DNA of 64,000 bases from Octopus sinensis (Eukaryota): assembly GCF_006345805.1 (NCBI RefSeq), contig NC_042997.1:48918001-48982000 (forward strand), given 5' to 3'. This document shows positions 54,030 through 64,000 of this stretch, piece by piece. The position numbers and the translations under genes are program-made. The notes below the pieces were generated by a model. It did no database searches. It saw only the letters and a program-made list of their open reading frames with translations, and had not been told where the DNA came from. Position 1 is the first letter of the stretch. Each line of letters starts with the position of its first letter.

Positions 54030-54435
54030 CACTCCCCACTATCCCTGAGAAGTGTAGAGTCCTCTGGTACCTTCTCTACAGGGTCCTCTCAGAAATAACC
54101 GTCATTTCAGTCTCCGCCTAGATTCCCAAACGTGACCAGCTAAGAGTTTGGATATTGTATAACCATCTCGTTCTTGGTCTACGCCTAAATCACCTGCCGG
54201 TTAATAGAGTTTAAAGAATCCATCTTGTGAATGTTTTCTGCAACATTCTAATCAAATGTCCTCAATACCGGAGTTGTGACCTTTCAACACGGACAAGTAA
54301 GGAGGCTCGACTTGCAGAGACGTCCTGATCTCCAAGTTATGCATCCTATCGAGTAACGTTACTCTAGAGATCCTTCGGAGGAAATCCGTTTCGGACCGCT
54401 TATATTCACGATCGTACTCTTTCAGTCATTACCCA
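54030..54435 (-). mobile_element. RTE (Expander/Rex3-like) LINE 3' fragment
   Basis: Decayed translation WVMTER.RS..., VTLLDRMHNLEIRTSLQVEP, RVERSQLR..GHLIRM, RRRPRTRWL..I..LSWSRLGI. Confidence 0.8.
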
Positions 54436-55849
54436 ATAATTATGATCATAGATGAGAACAGGCAAAAACACCAATTCTATCATCCAATTCAGCTTCACGC
54501 CACTAATCACACCTCTAGTATTCTTTGGATTTATTTAGCTCCAAAACATATTAGTATACATTCTTTCAAACTTTCAATTTTTCGATTTTTAATATTTTTC
54601 ATTTTTAATACTATATTCCGGTTCGCAAGAAAAGTGTTTGTGCTATTATAGCAACCTAAAATGATTGCTTTTTTTAAAAAAAAATACCGTAAAGATATGT
54701 TATTTTCAATTTGAACTTCACTGTTTCTCAAAATGCAAATATAACCCGAAATTGATCAAGCTGAGTATCAGCTACGTCTCTTGGTGAGACTAAGATCACA
54801 AATGTGCAGCGGCTCCTCCTATACTGAATACTTTTTTTTTTATGTTTCTAACAATGCACAAATACTTTCTAAATAAGAGTACTCACCTCAGGATTTAAAG
54901 TACGGAGCTTCCAAACGTAGTCGCATAAACTAAATACAACGACGAATGGAAGCGCAAACACGTGTGTACATGAAAGCACAAACATATGTAACAAAGTAAA
55001 TCAAGTCCACTTGGTACACAAATCTTCATTCGGTATTCTGTCTCCTTTTTGTATAGCTTAGTCAGGAGGAAAGGAAAGTTTCTATGACCCTGATCCTTTA
55101 CTAGGCATCCGAAATTGCTGGGAGAGCAGGAGAAAGCTATCTTCAAACAAGAAACTTAACTCGAGTGCTTGCACCGGAGCGGAGTGCGCTAAAGGCTCCC
55201 AAGGACCAGGAGCAAGTGTTAAGCCAGACACCATATTAAGTCTACATTCAAATAACGTAAAGCATCTAGTTCGACAGTCTACATTACTGCCATTCTATCG
55301 TTCTGTATTAGTACTTAATTATCGACCCCCAGAAGGTTGAACGGCTCGGTTGACCTCGCCCTGGAAGGATGAAAACCAAAGTTAGCCCCTGCGGGATTTG
55401 AACTCAAAAGGCATGAAACCAATATAAATACCCACCCTCTAACGACTCTGCCAAATATATCTATAACCTCTCCGACAGCTACTACAAATATACGTGATTC
55501 TCTAATTCTACATCGACTCAGTGAACCTGTCTTTCCTTCAGTTTAATTTTCCTGTTATTAATTAATGTTTACACAATCTTTCTTTCCCGGAGAAGTGAAT
55601 CGCTTTCAGCAATTCGCTTCTCCATTCGAACTTTCTCATCAAGTGCTAAATCAAAATGAAACAAATATTTCCGCCCACCTCTTCTTTCACTACAGTCTAA
55701 GCTGTCTCCATTGCAGAACACAAAAAGAAATCCTGCCTACTCGCCTTAAGTTACTAAGCAACACATTTAAAGAATTTTTGACCCAAAAGAAAAAGCTCTG
55801 AAACTAAAAGCAACAACAACGACTAACGGTGATGATTATGGTGATGATA

Positions 55850-56195
55850 ATGAAGATAAAGGAGAAGGGGAGGGTGGGTGGGAGAAGACGAGAGAAAAGG
55901 TGGAAGAGAGGTGGGGAGGGGGAGGGGAGAGGAAGAGGAGAGAAAGAAGTAGAAAGGAGGAGGAGAGGTGGGGCTGGGGAGGGAGGAGGATATGGAGGGC
56001 GTAGGAGGATGGGGATGGAGAAGGGAGAGGGGAGAGAAAGAAGAGGGGATGGAGGAGGAAGGAGAGAGAAGGAGGAGGGGAGAAAGGTAAGATGAGAAGA
56101 CAAAGAAAGGAGAGGAAAAGGGGAGGAGGAGGCGGAGGAGAAGAAGAAGAAGAAGAAGAAGAAGGAAGAGGAGGATTAGGAGAGAAAGAATGAAG
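55850..56195. repeat. Polypurine (GGA/GAG/GAA) tract
   Basis: Direct; near-pure purine strand. Confidence 0.95.
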
Positions 56196-56269
56196 GTATC
56201 AGATAAATAATGATCGTAGTATAAAGAGTAAATGAGGCTTACAGTAAAATGCTAACGTTGCTTGGAAGT

Positions 56270-56670
56270 TCATTGTGATTACGATATAGATGACGATGGT
56301 GATGACGATCACGACGACAATGATGACGATGGTGATAATGATAATGGCGATGATGCTGATGATAATGATAATGGCGATGATGCTGATGATGATTATGATG
56401 ACTATGATGAGGATGATGATGATGATGATGATGATCACGACGACAATGATTACGATGGTGATAATGACGATGAAGATGATGATAATGACGATGATGATGA
56501 TGTCGATAATGACGATGATTACGACGACGATGACGATGATGATGATGATGATGACGACGACGACGGCGATGATGACAGTCATAATGCCGACGACGACTGC
56601 TGTTATGATGATGGTTACCATGATGATGATGATGATCATCATCATCATCATCATCATCATAATAATAATG

Positions 56671-56711
<41 letters not shown>

Positions 56712-56760
56712 TACCATCGTCATCATCATCATCATCACCCGAATCATATACGACATTGCT
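56270..56760. repeat. Compound trinucleotide (GAT/GAC/CAT/AAT) microsatellite
   Basis: Direct; produces spurious poly-D/M/I/H ORFs on both strands. Confidence 0.95.
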
Positions 56761-57217
56761 AAACGAAAGCAACCAATGATTCATTGATTAAGTTTAATGT
56801 TTTTTACTTCATTTTAACGAGAATAAAAGTTAATGGTTGTTATAGTAACGCCTATATTGCGATTCATTTTTTTTTTCTTTTTTGGTTTTCTTATATTTAT
56901 TTACTTAAATTTCTTGTTACTAATACACATGATATTTTTTGCGTGGTTGTTGTTAATTCTATAAAAATATTTGTCTTTTCTATGTAGATTGGATTGCTAT
57001 TTTCAGTTTGCTTTGAGGTCTTTTATGAAGCTGGTTCACAAAAAAAATGCCGAGTATTTCTTCAATGCTCTCCTCATTAAAAGTACTTCATCTCCATAGA
57101 CTGTCGGTAAAAAGGTTTTTTGATACAACTTTATTTCATTCATATACCAAGTTATACTGGATTCTAATAGCATTTTATGCCCGTATCCATGTGTGCTCTG
57201 ACGATTGTGCATGCATA

Positions 57218-57219
<2 letters not shown>

Positions 57220-57256
<37 letters not shown>

Positions 57257-57542
57257 TGTATATGTATAGTTGTGTGTGTGTGTGTGTATATATTCTATAT
57301 ATCTATATATATATATCATGTATATATACAATATACCTTACATATAAATATATACATATTATATATTATATATATATGATTCATACATATATTATATATA
57401 TTGCATATATATATATGTATATGTAATATATATTTATATGCAATATATGCAATATATGTATGAATCATATATATATAATATATAATATATAATATGTATA
57501 TATTTATATGTAAGGTATATCGTATATATATATATATATACA

Positions 57543-57632
<90 letters not shown>

Positions 57633-57709
57633 TGTATATGTATGGATACATATATATATACACACACACACTTATATATATATAGTTTTAACTAAATGTA
57701 TATCATTCC

Positions 57710-57743
<34 letters not shown>

Positions 57744-57760
57744 ATATTTATATATATATA
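57220..57760. repeat. (TA)n-rich low-complexity tract
   Basis: Direct. Confidence 0.97.
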
Positions 57761-57947
57761 TGAAGTGTATGTGCGTATACATACGTATGTATGTGTGTTT
57801 GTGTGTTTGTGTGAGTCTGAATGTATGTGGGTGCGTCCGTGTGTTATTTTTTATCAGTTAGTTTTGAGGTACAAAACAGGAAAATAAAATAAACACACCC
57901 GTTTGTATGAAGTGTACAGAGGCTGATGTATGTGTGCTTATGTATGT

Positions 57948-57978
<31 letters not shown>

Positions 57979-59032
57979 CGAATAGGTACTGATATACACA
58001 GTCTTGCATATGTTTGTGTGATATGTATGTATGTATGCATTGATTTTGAGCATATCCTTAGGTGTATATATTTATCAGCTTATATATGTATGTGTGTGTA
58101 GGCATATATTTGAGTGTAAGTGTTTATGTATAGATAAATACAGACATGTATCCGGCTGATGGGCAAAGCGTCAGATAGATTAGTTTCACTGCCCTGAGTA
58201 TATATGCTCAGAGTTCAATTCCTGTCGAGGTTGACTCTGTAGTTAATTTATTCAGAGTCGATAAATAAATTTCCAATTTTGTACTAAAGTCATTTCTTTT
58301 CTTCCTTCTTTTATCTATATATATATATATATATAGAGAGAGAGATATAGATATATATATATATAGAGGAGAGAGAGAGAGAGGAGAGACCTAAAATCTA
58401 TGTTAAACCTATACAGAGAAGGGCTCACCGACAAAGACTAGGACTATATGACCAATTTCAAAACTAAAACCAGCCAATTTTACGGTATTCCCAAGATACA
58501 CAAAAGTGAGAAAATAAGTAACGCATGCAAGATAGTCACAGACATAATAATCAAAGTCCCTACTCCTAATGACCTATAATAGCAGGTCCCGTATGCGAAA
58601 CCCACCGCCTCAGTAACTTTTTAGATACCCTCTTAAAACCACTCCTCAAACATGTCAAAAGCTATATAAGGCACGACCTGGATATGCTCAATCACTTGCC
58701 TAAAACAATAAACAAAAACACCCTACTAGTATCCTTCGATGTAGTCAACCTCTATTCCAATATCCCCCACAACCTAAGAATAGAGGCAATTCAATTCTGG
58801 CTAGAGAATTACGCCAACGAACTGCCACATCGCAGAAAAAAAAGAATTCGTGACAGAAGGGCTAAAATTCATCTTGGAGAATAACTACTTCGTTTACAAA
58901 GACTTCTATCGACGAAAATCAGAGACTGCGATGGGTACGAGAATGGCCCCCTTCTTTGCTAACCTAGTTATGGGATGTCTAGAAATTAGTCCTTATCGTA
59001 AGGTTCTAGAAACATACGGCAGTCCATTCTCC

Positions 59033-59441
59033 CTCTCTTTACTCTTTTTACTCTTTTACTTATTTCAGTCATTTGACTGCGGCCATGCTGGAGCACCGCC
59101 TTTAGTCGAGCAAATCGACCCCAGTACTTATTCTTTGTAAACCTAGTACTTATTCTATCGGTCACTTTTATCGAACCGCTATGTTACGGAGACGTAAATA
59201 CACCAGCATCGGTTGTCAAGCGAGACAAACACAGACACAAACATACACACACACATACATATATATAGACATATATACGACGGGCTTCTTTTAGTTTCCG
59301 TCTACCAAAACCATTCACAAGGCTTTGGTCGGCCCGAGGCTATAGTAGAAGACACTTGCCCAAAGTGCCACGCAGTGGGACTGAACCCGGAACCATGTGG
59401 TTGGTAAGCAAGCTACTTACCACACAGCCACTCCTACGCCT
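59033..59441 (-). mobile_element. Full-length CORE-like SINE inserted in the PLE RT
   Basis: Removing it joins YGSPF to IENNWKK.LVDCFILW. Confidence 0.93.
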
Positions 59442-60437
59442 AGATAGAAAATAACTGGAAGAAATAACTGGTTGACTGTTTCATTCTTTGGCATGAAAGT
59501 ATAGAGAGACTTAAAAATTTCAAGCACTTTTGGCAAGAGACAGCCCAAATCTATGAAAAGTCTCCTAACACAAGCCCGAATACGCTCAAGAACAACACTG
59601 AAGCCGTCAGTAAAAAAATGCGGAAGACCCAACTGTGTGATATGTGTCAATTTAATTGAGGGATCAGGGTTCTCCTTGAAACAGGGACAACGTTTCACAG
59701 AGAAAAGCAGCTTTACATGTGCTTCGGACCTGATATACGCACTAACATGCTCTGGGTTTCAAGAGCAATACATAGGCCAAACAAAACCCAGTCTACGTTA
59801 AAGGATGGCTCTGCACAGATCCCAGATCAAAATTTTAAAAAAAAACAGAAAAAAATATCATTCAGCCAACACATCAACATTTGCGCCAATAACAAAAATC
59901 CAAGCTTCAGAATTTTTCCTCTCTATCAATTCAGGGACGATACAACCTGTAGCCAACGAATTGGTAAAGAGTCTCTTTATTATAAAATACAGACCCATTT
60001 TGAACGCATCTGCAACAAATGACATACCAGCCACGACCTTAGAATAACACACACGCAAATATTAAAAATGATACATTCAAAAGAGATACCCAAGAATTCA
60101 TTAAAAAACAGATCCAAACACTACTATAATCCACAACGAACCACTTTTAGGTCACCATTTAACCATTTAACATCCTACCACTATCATACCACTCACACAT
60201 TCTTTTGTTATTCTTTCTCTTCTCCTCTGTCTCCTTCTTCGTCTTCTTCTTCCTCTCCGCCACCTCCTTCCTTACTTTACTACTATTGCTGTTTAGAATA
60301 ACACCTACGCAATTATAATCAATACATTCAAGAGATATCTCAAGAATTCAATCACTACTACAATCCACAACAAGTCACTTTCAGGACACTTGACCATTTA
60401 ACATCCTACTACTATCATAGCACTCCCACCCTTTCTT

Positions 60438-60507
<70 letters not shown>

Positions 60508-60670
60508 TCTGTCAAGAATTCACAACAACCTCGAATCCACAAGAGTAAACAAGAGAGACAGAGACAGGCAGAAACAACGAAAATGTCCCTTTCTATTTGA
60601 ATACTATGCAAATATTCTTTTAAAATGTTTTTCATTTAATTTTTCCAAAATTAATTGTTTTTCATACTTA

Positions 60671-60706
60671 CAGTTGAAAAAGTTTAAATAACCGAAACCG
60701 GTACTG
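60671..60706 (+). ncRNA. Minimal hammerhead motif, U3-A8 variant, in the PLE terminus
   Basis: cag TTGAAAA agtttaaataacc GAAAC CG GTA ctg. Confidence 0.5.
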
Positions 60707-60768
60707 AAATGTTTTTTATAAAATTATTTTAGCATTTTCTACCTTGACTTCTTTCTCTCTCTCTCTCA

Positions 60769-60825
<57 letters not shown>

Positions 60826-61003
60826 TGTGTGTGTGTATACATATATTATATTTAATCAATATATATATAGTTATATACATATTATATACAATGTATCATA
60901 TGTATATATTATATATATTATATATATAATATAATATAATATATATAAGTATATATATATTATATATATATACATATATATATATATAGATATATATTAT
61001 ATA

Positions 61004-61059
<56 letters not shown>

Positions 61060-61089
61060 ATATATATATATTGCAGAGAAATACATACA

Positions 61090-61215
61090 TAGGTGCAGGA
61101 GTGGCTGTGTAGTAAGAAGCTTCCTTCCCAACCACATGGTTCCGGGTCAGTACCATGGGCCGACCAAAGCCTTGTGAGCGGTTTTGGTAGACCGAAACTG
61201 AAAGAAGCCCATCGT
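61090..61215 (+). mobile_element. Internally deleted CORE-like SINE
   Basis: aggtgcaggagtggctgtg...gaaactgaaagaagcccatcg. Confidence 0.85.
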
Positions 61216-61254
61216 ATATATGCGTGTGTGTATACATATATATGTGTAGAATGT

Positions 61255-61482
61255 TGAAAAGTAACACACGAGTTGATATGTATAAGGAAAATAAGACAAG
61301 GTGGAAAATGCTAAAATAATTTTCTCATGAAGAACATTTTAGTACCGGTTTCAGTCTTTGCGATGTTTTCAACTTAGAGTAAAGCATGAAAAACAATTAA
61401 ATTGTGGAAAAATTACATGAAATATTTTTCTTAGAATATTTCCATAGTTCTCAAATACGTGGGACACATTTCTCTCTCTCTT

Positions 61483-61542
<60 letters not shown>

Positions 61543-61670
61543 GATATAATATATATATATATATATATCACACTTAATGAAGGCTCGGAAGTATCAGATC
61601 TAAGAAGTATTTAATATGAGGGATGTGGATTTGGGTTTTGATTGTTTAAGAAGCAGTAGCCGAGGAAGAA
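61255..61670 (-). repeat. Inverted copy of the PLE terminal region
   Basis: 61255-61470 is the reverse complement of ~60570-60750 (gaaaccggtact, aaattattttagcattttc, tttttcat). Confidence 0.8.
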
Positions 61671-61794
61671 GATACATACACGCACACAATTTTTACATAC
61701 TTGGACATACACACAGACGCACATACACACACACACACACACACACGCACGCGCGCACACACAGAGTAACGCACATTTACGCCACAGACATATA

Positions 61795-62160
61795 TATGGC
61801 TGTGCGATAAGTAGCTTGCTTACCAACCTCATGGTCCTGGGTTCAGTCCCACTGCGTGACACCTTGGGCAAGTGTCTTCTACTATAACCTCGGGCCGACC
61901 AAAACTTTGTAAGTGGATGTGGTAGACGGAAACTAGAAGAAGCCCGTCGTATATATGTATATATATATATGTATGTGTGTGTATATGTTTGTCTGTCTGC
62001 GTTTGTCCCTTAACATTGCTTGACAACCGATGCTGGTGTGACTGCGTCCCCGTAACTTAGCGGTTCGGCAAAAGACACCGATTGAATAAGTACTAAGCCT
62101 ACAGAGACTAAGATCTGGGGTCAATTTGCTCGACTAAAGGCGGCGCTCCAGTATGGCCGC
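61795..62160 (+). mobile_element. CORE-like SINE between the two inverted PLE-terminal copies
   Basis: ggctgtgcgataagtagcttgcttacc...ccagtatggccgcac. Confidence 0.9.
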
Positions 62161-62177
62161 ACTACACACACACACAT

Positions 62178-62342
62178 ACATTTTAGTACCGGTTTCAGGC
62201 TTTGCGGCTTTTTCAGAGAAAAGCATGAAAAACACTGATTTTTAAAAATATTTCCATACTTTTCAAATACAAGGGACATTTTCCTTTTCTGTCTGTGTCT
62301 CTCTGTTTCTCTCTCTTTCTCTCTCTCTCCCTCTCTCTCTCC

Positions 62343-62396
<54 letters not shown>

Positions 62397-62520
62397 TACA
62401 CTTGTGAAGGCTTGGTAGTAAATAGTAGCCGTCCTAAAAGACTATTTGATTTGAGGGATGCGAGTTCTCCGTTTTGATTGTTTAAGCAGCTGTAGCCGAG
62501 GAAGGGGGTGGCGAAGAAGA
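62178..62520 (-). repeat. Second inverted copy of the PLE terminal region (tandem with 61335-61670)
   Basis: Shared ttttagtaccggtttcag, aaagcatgaaaaaca, tgaaggct.gg.agt and tgagggatg...ttttgattgtttaag..gtagccgaggaag. Confidence 0.8.
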
Positions 62521-63914
62521 AGAAGAAGAATATATATATTCTCGTTTACCACATAGCCACGCCTACGCCATATTTATATTATATATATATATAATAATAT
62601 ATATATATATATCTTATAATATAGATAGATAGATATATAGATAGATAGATAGATAGTGATAGATAGATAGATAGAAAGATAGATAGACAAACAGATAGAT
62701 AGATAGATAGATAGACAAAACAGACAGACAGACAGATAGACAGAGGGACAGACAGACATGTGTGAGTGCGTGTGTGATAAGGTTTTATCATGCTTTCTTT
62801 TATCTGAAGCGACTGAATGCATTTGCTATGTATATCGGATTTTGATCTTACCTCATCTCTATGCAGTACCGTTTAAGAGGGAAATTTTCTGGTAAGGGCC
62901 AATTTATTGTATTTATACAGTTACCTTCCCGTTGAAGTTGGGTTATGGCTGAAAATTTGTGAGCCATTTTATCCAAACAACGGTTGTGAGCTTTTATATC
63001 CAGTTTAATGCCCGAAATATTTTAACACCCTGTTAGCATAAAATTATCCTCAAAGAAGATAAGGGACTTCCTTATAAGAATACGCTGCCTCTACTCCACA
63101 TAATACAACAAAAATATTTAATAAAACTTCTGTAAAACTCTCTTTCGTAGCATAGATTCACAAATCTTTAACCATAACCATAAAGCAAAACGTGCAACAC
63201 AACGCAACTACTTTAATCTGAATGCAAAGGTAGAAATACAGTAAACCACCCACAACAAAAACATCTGTCAAAAGCAGTTGTACATAAAGCAAATGTAAGA
63301 TGGAATTAGCATTTATCGGGTTAACAAGGAATCACCGCAAATTCCCTTTGCATAGGAACGCCTATTCACAATCAAATATTTGAGAAAACTAACTACACTT
63401 CATTATCACAACATATGCCACCTCAAAGGCGGATGAGACAACAAATCCATCGTAGAATAGAGTATTGACAAGAAACGAAAGCGTTACAAAGGACATGGCA
63501 GCAGTTGCAGATTATGCTGAACTAAAAAAGTTTCAAGTGCTAACAACACGTTTAATATTCTGAATAATGAAGCAGGATTTTTTCTGCATTCGTTTCCACA
63601 TAAAGATATTGTCTCGAATCGTTTAAACATATCATTATAGCAGTCACATTTGAATAAGTAACCAAGTATACAGCGAAGTTAAAATCTGAATGTTTGCAAA
63701 GTGACACAGAAAATCATCTACTTTTGCGATGTCAAACAAATGGTTTTACAGTGATTTCCACGAACAATTATTAATATCGTTTACATTGTGCATTATCTCC
63801 CGCAGTAGGTGATCCAACTTTTCTTCCCTGTTTTGATTATATTTCACAAGCAATAAATTCTATATTTTTAAAAAATGTAAAAACTGCATTATATTACAAA
63901 TTACCCCTCCATTA

Positions 63915-63915
63915 A

Positions 63916-63977
<62 letters not shown>

Positions 63978-64000
63978 GATAGATAGATAGATAGCTAGAT
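63915..64000. repeat. (GACA)n(GATA)n microsatellite
   Basis: Direct. Confidence 0.98.

Larger units (their letters stand above)
58385..60750 (+). mobile_element. Penelope-like element (RT + GIY-YIG endonuclease), decayed, SINE-interrupted and internally deleted
   Basis: FYGIPKIHKS, IIAGPVCETHRLSNFLD, SFDVVNLYSNIP, AMGTRMAPFFANLVMG, WKK.LVDCFILW (decayed YxDD), RQPKSMKSLL, CGRPNCVIC, LIYALTCSGFQEQYIGQT..LR.RMALHRSQI. Confidence 0.92.

Noticed and set aside
56199-56787. 166-185-aa Asp-, Met/Ile- and His-rich ORFs (biomineralisation-like acidic protein?)
   Set aside because: They are open in four frames on both strands because GAT/CAT/AAT repeats lack stops; there is no signal peptide or splice support

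Overview
AT-rich, microsatellite-dense animal DNA, most likely an octopus: the recurrent tRNA-derived SINE families match those I know from Octopus (inference, not database-checked). No host protein-coding gene could be supported, and most listed ORFs are microsatellite read-throughs. The window is a transposon graveyard. It holds the 3' end of a HERO-like restriction-endonuclease (RLE) LINE, a full-length frameshifted RTE/BovB-like LINE with a perfect 15-bp TSD, three R4/Dong-like fragments, a Penelope-like element (PLE; RT + GIY-YIG) with inverted terminal copies, three mariner/Tc1 relics, a hAT relic, a non-autonomous Helitron nested in a long-TIR element, MITEs and about 15 SINEs. The most interesting signal is RNA structure. 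The HERO 3' UTR carries all three hammerhead core elements (GUC, GAAA, CUGAUGA) with exact stem I and III pairing, but in a permuted, pseudoknotted order. Seven PLE-type minimal hammerhead motifs, including U3-A8 and A6U core variants, are scattered through the window. All structures were folded by eye and activity is untested.
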